This document shows positions 24,029 through 36,685 of a DNA stretch of 64,000 nucleotides, piece by piece. Every line of letters begins with the position of its first letter. The first letter of the stretch is position 1. The notes under the pieces are model-generated. The model was given only the letters and a program-made list of their open reading frames with translations, had not been told where the DNA came from and did not search any database. Made by a program: the position numbers and the translations under genes. This DNA is from Leucoraja ocellata. Its lineage: Eukaryota. The DNA is taken from the NCBI GenBank assembly GCA_036785375.1, contig JAWMAR010000145.1, forward strand, positions 4,836,001 through 4,900,000. The letters run 5' to 3'.

Positions 24029-24861
24029 AGGTGAATTTCTTAAATGAAGTAAAATACCTTGGAAATGGTCATTAATGTGTTTCAATGTGAAATAAAATTG
24101 ACTTCTCATTGCATGGTGCTGAATCAAAGCAGTATTTTGCAATTGAATTTCTAATTTTATGCCTTCTTCTGAAAGCAATTGCAGGCATTACTAAATATCC
24201 CACCAATTTATTTTATTAAGCTTATTTAAAACTGAGAAACAGAGAAAGTATGGAGACGTTGCTGAGGAAACCTAAAATCCTTAATATTCAAATCTATGTA
24301 TATTCTGACATCATCAAAACATTTGCCACAGCAAAGACTGTCTTTGTTTACTATATTCAATAATTATAATTTCCTTTAGAAAATAAACTACATTTGCAAA
24401 TTAGGACATTTCCTCATCTCTCCATTCTACTTTTACATGCATCTCCAATAAATTATTAGATGCGATAGACATTTACATGAATGTTATTTCAGAGCCACAT
24501 TTTTATTATAAAGTTCTGTGCACAGAGGTACATTTCATGAAAGAATGGTATTGCTTTTCCCTTAGGCTAACATTCGCTCTCTCCATGGAAGTCTTCACAG
24601 TTATCTAAAACATTGCTGTCGGTACGAAAAGTGACAACTGAATAATTATCATACCTTTTATTTGCACGAACCTTTCATATAATGTCTTAAAGCAGAACAC
24701 ATCCATGTGGTATAACAGAAGAATATTTCAATCTCATGTGTATCCTGCAGTGTAGTGGTATTGGAGGATATGCCATTATAACAGCCAGAGACCATTTTGA
24801 TCATGGCCCTCTCCTGCAAACTAACTTTAAGTCTCAGGCTCAGTCAAATTAATGTATTACA

Positions 24862-25886
24862 CTTTCAGGGAATGGGGCTTCCCCTCTTCCATCATAGAAG
24901 AGGTCCTCACACATGTCTCCTCGGTACCCTGCAGCTGCGCCCGTGCTCCACCTCCCCCTAGTCACGATAGCAACAGAATCTCCCTAGTCCTTGCCTTTCA
25001 TCCCATCAGCCATCGCATACATCACATAATCCTCTGACATTTTCGACAACTCAAATGTGATCCCAACACTAATCATAGCTGCCCATCTCCACCCTTTTCT
25101 GCCTTCCGCAGAGACTGTTCTCTCTCTGCAGCTCCCTGGTTAACTCATCCCTTCCCACCCAAACCACTCCCTTCCCAGGTACCTGCCCCTGCAACCGCAG
25201 GAGATGCCCCTTTACCTCCTCTGTCAACTTTGTTCAGGGACCCTAACAGTCCTTTTAGGTTAGGCAGAGGTTCACTTGCACTTCCTTCAACTTCATCTAC
25301 TGTATCTGTTGGCAAGATGTGGACTCTTATACATCAGCGACCAAACATAGACTGGGCGATCGTTTTGCTGAACACCTTTGCTCATTCTGTCTGAACCTAC
25401 CTGATTTCCCAGTTGCCAAACACTTTAATTCCCTTTCCCATTCCCACACTGACCTTTATGTCGTAGGCCTCCTCCATGTCAGAGTGAACCAAAATGTAAA
25501 TTGGAGGAACAGCATCCCATATTTTGTTTGGGCACCTTACAACCCAGTGCTATGAATATTGATTTCTCTAACTTCAAGTAACCTCTGCATTCCCTCTCTC
25601 TCCATCCCTCCCCCACCCAAGTCACACCGGCTTCTCATTCTGACCTAGCAAACAGCTAACAATGGCCTGTTTCCTTTCTCATCGTTACTTTTTTGCATAT
25701 CTTTCATTCATTTGTTCGACATCTAAATACATCACTGTCTATATCTCTTGTTTCCCTTTCCCGTGACACTCAGTCTGAAGAAGGGTCTCCGCACCTATTC
25801 CTGTTCTCTAGACATGCTGTCTGACCCGCTGAGTTACTCCAGTTTTTTGTGTCTACCTTCGGCTTAAACTAGCATCTGCAATTCCT
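24862..25886 (+). mobile_element. Penelope-like element 3' part: decayed GIY-YIG endonuclease, UTR, terminal repeat
   Basis: Across frameshifts: GFPSSII...FHP...AFRRD...PCNRRRC...FTCTSFNFIYCI...GLLYI..TKHRLGDRFAEH...VAKHFN...LEEQH.IF.LGTLQP..MNIDF*, stop at 25579-25581; hammerhead remnant at 25775. Confidence 0.9.
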
Positions 25887-25954
25887 GGGGAAACGAGAGT
25901 GGAAGGAGTATGGAATGATCAGGGCTTGATGTCAAGGATGATGACTAGGTATGT

Positions 25955-26073
25955 GTAGGAAGGAACTGCAGATGTTGGCTTAAACCGAAGATAGACACAA
26001 AACGCTAAAGTAACTCAGCGGGACAAGCAGCATCTCTGGAGAGAAGGAATCGGTGACATTTCGGGTAGAAACC
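25955..26073 (-). mobile_element. Penelope-derived terminal repeat insert
   Basis: TSD GACTAGGTATGT (25943) / GACTAGTTATGT (26074). Confidence 0.85.
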
Positions 26074-26844
26074 GACTAGTTATGTACTTGTTTGGTCAGG
26101 TACGTGATAGGAAAGGTTTAGAAGGATATGGACCAAACCCAGGTAGGTGGGACTAGTGGAGATGGGGCATCTTGGTCAGCATGGGCAGGTTTGGCCGAAG
26201 CGCCTATTTTCATGCTGCCTGACTTTTTTACTCCATTTGTAGGTAAGTCGTGAATAATATGGCCCCATCAAAATAATGAAGAACAAATTAGTAATAGCAT
26301 CTCCAATGTAAATAGAATATGGGTCCTGGATAGATTAACAAAATAATCTGGCAAGGATTACTTAATCTTTTGGAAAAAGGGATTTTTAAACTAATATTAG
26401 AGAGCCATTGCACGCATGCATTTTACTGGTTAAATAATGAAATTGAGCACTACTTGTATATTTTATAAATTTGCATGAAAAAATGAATTGGAATGAAAAA
26501 GACACTGATGTTTTGAGGCAGTGAAATCTAATTGGCCTGCAAGAAGTTCTGTGATATGATATGACATGAATGCATCCAGGAAATTTCCATCTAATAAAAA
26601 AAATTGATTTGCTATTCTCTAGAATTTGACAACATCAAATCTGATTCTAGAACTCCCATCCTTTCTCCATTCTCACCTCTCCCAAAGAGCCAAAGGAAAT
26701 CATTTATTATGTGGGCTGGATCCTCCCTTTTTTCTATAATAGATGTCTTTCAGGTTATTCAAGCATGTTTTAAAACCATAATATCAAATAATCATACTAT
26801 CTTCAGCCTTTGTGCATGGCATAAGTATTTCAAAATGGGAATCC

Positions 26845-27093
26845 ACATTATAGGAACCTGAGGGGCAAATGTTTTACACATAGGATGTTGGGTGCATGGA
26901 ACAAGCTGCTAGAGGAGGTGGTTGAGGTAAGTACTATCATAACATTTAAGAAACATTTGGACAGGTAAATGGATAGGAATGGTTTAAAGGGATATGGGCT
27001 AAATGATAGCAGTTGGGACTAGTGTAGATGGGGCATGTTGGTCGAGGTGGGAAAGTTGGGCCAAAGGGCCTGTTTCCACACTCTATGACTCTA
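26845..27093 (+). mobile_element. CR1 3' fragment
   Basis: aggaacctgaggggc...ggatatgggc...gggcctgtttccacactctatgactcta; a similar piece lies at 26095-26235. Confidence 0.8.
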
Positions 27094-27289
27094 ATGTACT
27101 GCAATAATATATTAAAAGAAGAAAAGATTAATTAAGGCAGATAAGCTGTCAGTGGCTTCACTGATTTTATAGCTTCCGGTCTTCTGTCTCTTTGTACATC
27201 TTTTTTTGCGAGAATTAGGCTTCTGCTTGGTTTGATTTCAAATAAGCAGAAGTACCAAAGGCCTTCGCAGAAAGATAGTGACTCGTCTG

Positions 27290-27620
27290 AATAACATGTT
27301 CCCGATGTTGGGGGAGTCCAGAACCAGGGGCCACAGTTTAAGAATAAGGGGTAAGCCATTTAGAACGGGGAACGAGGAAACACTTTTTCAACCAGAGAGT
27401 TGTGAGTCTGTGGAATTCTCTGTGTCAGAGGGCAGTGGAAGCTGGTTCTCTGGATGCTTTCAAGAGAGAGCTAGACAGAGCTCTTAAAGAGAGCGTAGTC
27501 AAGGGATATGGGGAGAAGGCAGGAAAGGGGTACTGATTGTGGATGATCAGCCATGATCACATTGAATGGCGGTGTTTGCTCAAAGGGCTGAATGGCCTAC
27601 TCCTGCACCTATTGTCTATT
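27290..27620 (+). mobile_element. CR1 3' fragment
   Basis: MFPMLGESRTRGHSLRIRG; tail gcctactcctgcacctattgtctattgtct. Confidence 0.9.
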
Positions 27621-28144
27621 GTCTAATAAGTAGCTCAAAAAGCTCAAACATTATGGGGATCACACAGCAGTGAAGACAAGAGGCCAGAGACAATAGTAGA
27701 AGAGGTTTATATTGGTGATGAATTAAATAACTTTGCAAATAAAGCTGGAGGAATAAATAGTTGAAGAACAGGAGGATTAGAGTTGCACAGCTTATAGGAT
27801 CACTTTGCTGATCCAGATTCTCAAGAATAAATTTGAAAAACTCAAATACCTTAAAACTAAAGGACTTTTTTTTAGCAGGATATCTATTTTTAAAGAAACA
27901 ATAAAACATAGATATATTTGTCTGGAAATGCACTCTTTTGGGTGTAATAAATTGTTATTTCAGGGTTCTCTAAGTCTGATTCAAAGACACTTAAGAAATT
28001 ACAATATTTGCGAGCACTGGTTGAAAACCAGTGTCAGTGGGGCCCTTACAGCGATAACACTCGGATTCAAGAGTAGTAGGTTTTACTGGTCATATGTCTC
28101 ACTGCTTCAGCATTTGTACCTGAAGCTGACAGCTCAATAACCAT

Positions 28145-28263
28145 GTGTAGGAAGGAACTGCAGATGCTGGTTTAAACCGAACTTAGACACAAAATGCTGA
28201 AGTAACTCAGATTGACAGGCAGCATCTCTGGCGAGAAGGAATGGGTGACGTTTCAGGTCGAGA
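28145..28263 (-). mobile_element. Penelope-derived insert truncated within hammerhead stem II
   Basis: Perfect 10-bp TSD CAATAACCAT at 28135 and 28264. Confidence 0.9.
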
Positions 28264-28534
28264 CAATAACCATACTTAATGTACAAGCACATAAAAATAG
28301 CCACCCTCTTATCGCTCCTAGTGAACAGTATTTCATCCCATGTCTGTCCCATTAGATTCCTGAGTATGGGGAGAATACTCCAAGATTGACTAAGATGAAA
28401 CTTGAGTAGTAGGATTTTACGTAGCCGGCAAGAATAGTATCCTCTATTCAAGGAGGGCACAGAGACATGGGTTGTCAACAATGTATGTTAAAAATTAAAT
28501 GACATTATAATGAGCAGCATAATGACAGACTATA

Positions 28535-28666
28535 TGTGTAGAAAGGAGCTGCAGATGCTGGTTAGATCGAAGACAGGCACAAAATGCTGGAGTAACTCAA
28601 CGGGTCAGGAAGCATCACAGGAGAAAAGGTATAGGTGACGTTTTGGGTCGAGACTTCTTCAGACTT
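28535..28666 (-). mobile_element. Penelope-derived insert
   Basis: gtgtagaaaggagctgcagatgctgg...ggtgacgttttgggtcgagacttcttcagact. Confidence 0.85.
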
Positions 28667-28756
28667 CTGTAATGTAAAACATTTTTTTTTTTTGTTTTCC
28701 AACATCCACAGTATTTTACTTATAAATCGTTAATAAATTGGCAAATGGTAAATAAA

Positions 28757-29360
28757 TAGAGTTGTAGAGTTGTACAACATGGAAACAGGCCTTTCAGCCC
28801 CTTGTCTATGTTGTCCAAGATGCCTATCCATATTAGCCCTATTTACCCGCATTTCACCCATATCCTTCTCGGTCTTTCCTCTCCATGTACTTGTCCAAAT
28901 ACTTTATAAATGTTGTTATTGTACCTGCCTCAACCATTTCCTCTGGCAACTTGTTCCATATACTGTTTAGTTTAGTTTCATTTAGTTTAGTTTAGTTTAT
29001 TGTCACGTGTACTGAAGCTTTTTTGTTGTGTGCTATCCAGTTAGCGGAAAGACTATACATGATTACAATCACAAATAAGTGTCCCTCAAGTTCCTATGAA
29101 ATCTTTCCCCTCTCACCTTAAACTTATGCCCTCTAGTCCTTGATTCTTTAACCCAGAGAAAATAAACCATGCATTCACTTTACCTATGTCCCTCATGATT
29201 TTATACATGTAAACAAGATCACACCCTCAGTCCATTATGATCCAAGGAATAAAGTCCAAGCTTGCTGGCCTCTCCATACAATACAGTCTCTCGAGTTCTG
29301 GCAACATCATCTTAAGCTTTTACTGCCCTCTTTCCAGCTTAATGGCATCTTTACATAACA
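28757..29360 (-). mobile_element. Older CR1 3' fragment interrupted by a LINE tail at about 28967-29070
   Basis: ggaaacaggccttt...acctgcctcaacc...ctctcaccttaaac. Confidence 0.7.
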
Positions 29361-29653
29361 GGCTGATAAACTTTTTTTTTAATGAATCCTCATTGCCTGT
29401 TAAGCTGATTACACATTTCCAATCACCTGTTAACATTTTCTTCAAAATGGATCTGCGTTGTGATGTTCTGACAACAGGCTAATTCAGGTCAACGCTGCCC
29501 TTTTATCACTCTGAAACCCTGCTTAACAGAAATTTTTATTTCGACTTATGAGTGGTTATGATACTTATATTTCATGAGCAAAGTGTGCAGGGTGCAAATT
29601 GGACAGGATTTATGTGCCGCTTTGGGTGCCAAAACCAGCGTTACATTCCAAAG

Positions 29654-29785
29654 ATAGTCACAAAAAGCTTGAGTAACTCGGGCAGCATCTCTGGGGAAAA
29701 GGTATAGGTGACTTTTCGGGTCGAGACCCTGCTGCAGCTTTTTGTGTCTATCTCTGGTTTAAACCAGCATCTGCAGTCCCTTCCA
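29654..29785. mobile_element. Inverted-arm Penelope-derived insert
   Basis: TSD TTACATTCCAAAG (29641) / TTACATTCTAAAG (29786). Confidence 0.85.
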
Positions 29786-31983
29786 TTACATTCTAAAGTT
29801 TTAAAAATAAATCCATAGTATTTTTTAAATAAATACAGTATTAAAAGATTGCACGAACATCACAGCTTGAAGGTCAACTAAAGTAGTCTGAGCTGGGGAA
29901 AGGAAGAGGTCTCGCATCGATTTGCCTTCAGGTGCAATGAAGCTTGTGTGGAAAGCTGCATGTCGGCAGGCAGTGACAGGTTAGAGTCGATGAGACCATT
30001 TGTGGAGCTGAAGTTGTCCAACATGTGCATCTTTTTATTGATGACGGATGTGGATTAAAACAAAACAGCAGCAGCAGGTAACAATGAGCAAGTACCAGAG
30101 ATTGGCACGGACAGATAGTTTACAATTTAGTTTATTGTCAGGTGTACCAAGGTACAGTGAAAAGCTTTTTGTTGTGTGCCAACCAGGCAGCGGGAAGACA
30201 ATGCATGTCTACAATCGAGCCCTTAACAGTGTATAGACACATGATAAGGGAGTGTATATAGTGGTGGCAGGTGGAAAGGTAATCACAGTAGCTCTTGGAA
30301 AAGCCTTTATGCCAAATAATTAAGTTTTGCCTCAGTTATACAGAGTCTTGAGCAGACCATCTGGAGTAGATACTGTTGTTCCATTTGGGCATCAATGCCG
30401 AAGAAAAATATGTTGTTTTTGGAAGAGATCTGCATTGATACACCGTAGTGGATTAAATTATCCGATGAAATTGTATGAAGTAGGCCCGCGTTCCACTGAG
30501 TTTTAGACCTTGAGAACTGCTTAAAATAGCTAAGTTATTTGATAACATAGATGAGGAAACGTAGTTCCTCAGGGGAAGGGGGGAGGGGAATGTGGAGAGG
30601 GGTATAGATTGCAAACCATCTTAATTAATAAGGAAACATTTTGAAGAGAAGGGTGATGGATAGCTGGAACTCATAATGTTACACTGGTGTAATTCACAAG
30701 ACTGAAGCCAATTCATTTATTTTGGAAAAGGGTATCACAAGACCTGAAACAAAGGATTTAAATAGAGTTGAGGTGCAAATCAGCCGTGATTTATTTGAGT
30801 GGCAGAACAGGCTTGACGGTGGAATGACCTCCTCCTATTCCTAAGTGTCACCCAATGTAGCAAGATAGCTATAAAAAACCTGGCACATTAATTTAGGGAA
30901 CAGAGACAAACCAGATTATGTTTTTGATGTACTTTTCTGCATTAAATTGTAATGCGTACAAATAGCTCTCACTTATACCACTACCATGGTTTCCTTTGAT
31001 CTTCTAATGCAGATCTGCTTTTTCAGAAGATGAAAGGGAAAATTGGCCACATTGAAGAGCATCATTGCAACTAAGATGTTGTTGTATAAAAAGCCAAATA
31101 AAAGGGTCCTAGTGTAGTTTTAAATGGCCTTTTTTGTTTGAGAAAAAATATAGAATCGCTCTATTGCAGTTTTTAATGGCTGGCTGTAAGTGAATCTATT
31201 CACGGTGGAGATTCTATAGTGTCTCCCACTTAAGCGGTGCAAAGGGAGGACAGTTATGTTATTTTGAGGGAATAGACAGCACACATTCAAGCATTAGTAT
31301 CTCTCAAGTGGCTTTTAGCTGTAGTCCTTCAATAGATCTATGTGCCCAATTGAATTCACCCAAGTGAAAAGATCCACTGAATTCTGGGCGCACTGGCTGG
31401 TGTGAGGAATGGATGCAGGCTATTTACTAATTGTCACATAAAATCAACGCATGTTCGCAAAGATTGCATACTCTTTTGTGGGAGCAGAGAGAAATAAACA
31501 TTGCGGAAGTTATATTGTATGTTACATCACTGTGGCAAATGAGGGTGCAAGAATATGATAAACCATGAGAATGAAATATATATTTTAAAACAGTAGTTAA
31601 TTTATTTTTAAGTTAGAATCCTGGAAATTACTTTGGGCTATAATTATACACCAATGCTTAACCTATTTGTAGAGTTTTATTGCCACAGTTTCCAGAGATA
31701 TCAATCTACAGGTTTTTACATATCCCATCAATATTGTAATGTGAAGAAAGTATACATTTGCAATAAGATTTCCCCCAATATTAGTATTAACATTAATTTC
31801 ATGTCCTTTATTAAGCTCAGTAAACATTTTTATTGGTAACTCTTGGTCAATGTTTTGTAATACCTTTGCTATTTTTGAATATTTATACTGGCAGAAGGCA
31901 AATACACCATAATTGCAACAGAGCATAGAACAACCCATTGTGTCTGTGCTAATCATGATGCCCATCTAACCAATCCCTTCTAC

Positions 31984-32224
31984 ATGTATAGAAAGGAACT
32001 GCAGATGCTGGTTTAAACCGAAGATAGATTCAAAAAGAGGGAACGACTCAGCGGGTCAGACGGTATCTCTGGAGAAAAGGAATAGGTGACGTTTCAGGTC
32101 GAGACCCTTCTTCAGACTGAGAGTCAGGGGAAATAGATATAGACGGTGATGTAGAGAGATTGGGAACAAATTAATGAAAGATATGCAAAAAAGTAACAGA
32201 TAAAGGAAAAAGGCCATTGTTAGC
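31984..32224 (-). mobile_element. Penelope-like 3' UTR + terminal repeat with intact hammerhead core (32085-32118)
   Basis: Minus strand reads agt-CTGAAGA-a-GGGTC-tc-GACCT-GAAAC-GTC-acc. Confidence 0.85.
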
Positions 32225-32243
32225 GGAAGGTTGGGTCAAAACA

Positions 32244-32488
32244 AGTTACTCGTAGGTAGTCGAAGGTAATTTTGGATGGTCTTCATCATAGTCAAAGGGA
32301 GGTCGAAGGAGATCGAAGGCGGCTGTCTTCACTCTCCACTATTCGGTGTCCAATTTTCCCGAAGTTAGTCGTAGCTAGTCGTAGCTGGTCTTCAACATAG
32401 TGAAGGAGGTTGAAGGAGGTCTTCAACATGTCATTTTTTTAAACTCTTCTATTCTCGCCAATTAGGTCGCCCAAGTGGGACAGCCCCT
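32244..32488 (+). mobile_element. Right half of a PIF/Harbinger-like MITE
   Basis: Homologous to 55600-55845; ends cgcccaagtgggacagcccct followed by TTA. Confidence 0.75.
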
Positions 32489-32529
32489 TTAGGCTGTATC
32501 ACTCAATTCCCTGCCTGTTCATATGTATA

Positions 32530-32750
32530 GGGCAGAACAGTGGCACAGCAGATGAATTGCTGTCTTACAGCGCTAGAGTCCCTGGTTCAATCCTGACTTC
32601 AGGTGTATGTATGGAGTTCATACGTTCTCCCAGTTCTCACATGGATTGGCTCCCGGTGCTTCAGTTTCCTCCCACACTCCAAAGATGTACAGGTTTGTAG
32701 GTTGATTAGCTTTGGTAAAAATAATAAATTGTCCCTAGTGTGTAGGATAC
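32530..32750 (+). mobile_element. V-SINE
   Basis: A/B boxes and V-domain. Confidence 0.8.
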
Positions 32751-32769
32751 TGAAGAGGGAACAGATAAG

Positions 32770-33950
32770 ATTAAGTAGAATCTAAAGACATCTTACAGGA
32801 ACATTAAGAAAAAGAGGGTGAGAGAGAATAGGGCCTCCCAAAACCAAAGCAATCATCTATGCTAGGAATCACAGAAGATGAGCAAGGTCATCAATTACTA
32901 TTTCTTCTCTGCTCTTACTGTGGGGAAAGACAGAACAGTGTACATTGTCGGCGGTCATGGTGGCACAGCGGTAGAGTTGCTGCCTTACAATGAATGCAGC
33001 ACCGGAGATCCAGGTTCGATCCCGACCATGGGTGCTATCTGTACGGAGTTTGTATGTTCTCTCCATGACCTTGTGTGGGTCTTCTCCGAGATCTTCAGTT
33101 TCATCCCACACTCCATAGATGAACAGGTTTGTAGGTTAATTGGCTGTGTAAATGATAAAATTGTCCATAGTGGGTGTAGGATAGTGTTAATGTGCGAGGA
33201 TCGCTGGTCGGCGCGGACCTGGTGGGCTGAAGGGCCTGTTTTCGTGCTGTATCTCTAAACTAAACTATACTAGTAATAGAGATATCTTCAGGACAGACCG
33301 CATTATGGTCAAGGAGATGCTGGACATCCCAAGGCCCTGGGCCTGATCAGAAATATCCGAGGACATTGTGGGAAGCTGCAGAGCAATTTGCAGGAGACTT
33401 AACTGAGATATATGAATCATCGTTAGGCATCATTACAGATGAAGTGTTGGATGACTGGAGGGTGCCTAATGTTGTGCCTCTATTTAGTTTTGATCACCCT
33501 GCAGCAGGAAGGATGTAATTAGAGTTGGAAAGAGTGCAGAGAAGATTTACAAGGATTTTGCCAGGACTAGAGGGGCTGAGCTATAGGGAGAGGCGGGCTA
33601 GGACTTAATTCCATGGATCACAGAAGGCTAAGAGCTGATCTTATGGAGGTATATAAAATCATAAGGGGTATTGATAAGGCGAATACAGACAGTCTTTTAC
33701 CTAGGATAGGGGAATCATGAACCAGATGATATAGGTTTAAGGTGAGAGGGGAACAATTTAATAGGAATCAGAGGGGCAATCTTTCAATACAGGGTGTGGT
33801 CATTATACTGAATGAGATGTCAGACCAAAATGCATAAGATATATTTAGTGGGATAGGGTTCAACGGTGAGGAGGTGGGATTCATTTTTGGTCGGCTAGGG
33901 CAAGTTGGGCCAAAGGGCCTGTTTCCAAGCTGTATCACTCTATGACTCTA
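32770..33950 (+). mobile_element. Old CR1 ORF2 remnant split by a SINE
   Basis: gactggagggtgcctaatgttgtgcc, ggaaagagtgcagagaagatttac, tail ctatgactcta. Confidence 0.75.
32950..33270 (+). mobile_element. Full-length V-SINE (HE1-like)
   Basis: ggtggcacagcggtagagttgctgcc...ggttcgatcc...gggcctgttttcgtgctgtatctctaaactaaact. Confidence 0.9.
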
Positions 33951-34317
33951 GGACTAAGAAATTCAACACCATATAGACTGGCTGACGTCCATTTAAAACA
34001 TGGTGCATATGCCCTCATCAATCTTTGATTAATCTTTACAAAACCCAATCAAATTCGAGAGACACCATCTCCCATGTACAAAACAATATTGACGATCCCT
34101 AATCAGCCTTCGTCTATCCAAATGCGTATATATCTTATCCCTCAGAATCCTCTCCAGCCCCTCCTTGATCTATTCTTCAACTTCATAAACAACATTTTGA
34201 ATGAATGTGACTGGTTCCTTTCATTTCTTGGTGTTATCTGTTATTTCTATCACTTATTTTGCAACCAGCGTAAACTAAGTATTATAAAACTAGTTCCATG
34301 CTTGTTATTCTCCCGCT

Positions 34318-34568
34318 TCTTCTTCTTGCGTTTGAGGCAGCAGCAGTTATGTAACGCCCTCCAGGCGCTGTAGCCAGTTCAATGTGCTGTTGCCGAGGGC
34401 CGTCAGGTCTACCCCTCCACCAGGGGGGCGGAGGACAGCGCAGTCGAAAATGATGCACTGCGCTGTTTTCTGGTTCGCTGGTCTGCCCCACACACGCAGG
34501 CTGCTGATGAACATCGCCCCCAGCGATCCATGTTGGCGTTGAACTGGCTGACCCCTGTACAGAGCCGT
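34318..34568 (-). mobile_element. Vingi/Ingi-like LINE 3' end (C-terminal zinc knuckle, (GAA)n tail)
   Basis: RLCTGVSQFNANMDRWG....CVCGADQ / KTAQCIIFDC; TSD TTCTCCCGCT (34308) / TTCTACCGCT (34569). Confidence 0.7.
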
Positions 34569-34583
34569 TTCTACCGCTAAGAA

Positions 34584-36685
34584 GAATCGAGAATCATGAG
34601 AGTTTATTGTCATGTGTCCCTGATAGGACAATGAAATTCTTGCTTTGCTTCAGCACAACAGAATATAGTAGGCATTGACTACAAAACAGATCAGTGTGTC
34701 CATATACCATTATATAAATATATACACACATGAATAAATAAACTGATCAAGTGCAAATAACTGTTAATGGGCTATTAATGTTCAGAGTTTTGTCCGAGCC
34801 AAGTTTAATAGCCTGATGGCTGTGGACAAGTAGCTATTCCTGAACCTGGTCATAGCAGTTTTCAGGCTCCTGTACCTTTTACCTGAAGGTAGCAGGGAGA
34901 TAAGTGTGTGGCCAGGATGGTGTGGGTCCTTGATGATACTGCAAGCCTTTTTGAGGCAGCGACTGCGATAGATCGCCTCGATGGAAGGGAGGTCAGAGCC
35001 GATGATGGACTGGGCAGTGTTTACTACTTTTTGTAGTCTTTTCCTCTCCAGGGCGCTCAAGTTGCCGAACCAAGCCACGATGCAACCGGTCAGCATGCTC
35101 TGTACTGTGCACCTGTAGAAGTTAGAGAGAGTCCTCCTTGACAAACTGACTCTCCGTAATCTTCTCAGGAAGTAGAGGCGCTCATGTGCTTTCTTAATAA
35201 TTGCATCAGTGCTCTCGAACAAGGAAAGATCTTCAGAGATGTGCATGCCCAGGAATTTGAAGCTCTTGACCCTTTCAACCATCGACCCATTGATATAAAC
35301 GGCACTGTGGGTCCCCATCGTACTTCTTTCAAAGTCCACAATCAGTTCCTTGGTTTTGCTGGTATTGAGGACCAGGTTATTGTGCTGGCACCATATGGAT
35401 AGTCGCCCGAACTCTCTTCTATACTCTGACTCAACCCCATCAGTTATGCATCCTACAACAGTGGTGTCGTCAGCGAACTTGATGATGGAGTTCACACTAT
35501 GACCGGCTACGCAGTCATGAGTATAGAGTGAGTACAGCAGGGGGCTGAGCACGCAGCCTTGAGGTGCTCCCGTGCTGATTGTTATCGAGTCTGACATATT
35601 TCCACCAATTGGAACAGACTGTGGTCTGTGAATGAGGAAGTCGAGGATCCAATTGCAGGGGGATGCGCAGAGACCCAGTTCTGCGAGTTTGGTAACCAGT
35701 TTGGAGGGGATGATGATATTAAATGCCGAGCTGTAGTCAATGAATAACAGACTCATCATATGTCTCATGAAAGGAGTTTTTGTTGTCCAAGTGGTCCAGT
35801 GCGGAGTGGAGTGCCAGCAAGATTGCATCCACTGTTCATCTGTTGTGGCGGTAAGCGAACTGCAGTGGGTCCAGGTTTTTGTCGAGGTAGTTGATTTGCG
35901 CCATGATCAACCTCTCAAAGCACTTCATCACCACAGGCGTTAGTGCCACTGGTCGATAATCATTGAGGCACGTCACCTTACTCTTCTTGGGCACTGGTAT
36001 AATTGATGCCCTTTTAAAGCAGGTGGGAACCTCAAACCTCAGAAGTGAGAGGTTGAAAATGTCCATTAAAAACTCCAGCCAGTTGGTCCACACAGGTTTT
36101 TAGAACACGACAGGTATACCATCAGGTCCAGGCGCCTTTTGAGGGTTTATCCCGCTGAAGGATTTCCTGACGTCGGCCTCTGTGACTGACTGAAATACCA
36201 TCACAGCGAATGGAGGCTCAGGAAGGCACATCAGTATTCTCCCTATCAAAGCGTGCGTAAAACGCATTGTGCTCGTCAGCGAGTGATGTTTCGCCGACAT
36301 TCGAGCTGCCTCTTGATTTCGCTGTGTAGGAGGTGATTGAATTCAGGCCCCACCACAGCTGTCAAACATCTGTCTCATCCTCCAGTTTGGAGCAGAAGTC
36401 CCTTTTGGCCTTTTTGATTGTCTTACCAAGGTCGTATCTGGACTTCTTGTAGACCACTGTATCATTGGACATGAATGCCCGGTGTCTGGTCTTCAGAAGA
36501 GTGCGGATCTTAAAGTTCATCCAAGGTTTCTGATTGGGAAACACTCAGAAGGTTTTTGTAGGGATGCAGTCGTCCACAGATTTCTTTATGAAGTCTGTAA
36601 CGACTGCGGCGTATTCGTTTAAGTCCGTTACCGAGTCCTTGACATTGCCCAGTCTACAGACTCCAAACAGTTCTGGAGTTGTTCT
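34584..36685 (-). mobile_element. Rex1/Babar LINE, 5'-truncated, RT frameshifted
   Basis: [72 protein letters not shown]. Confidence 0.95.
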
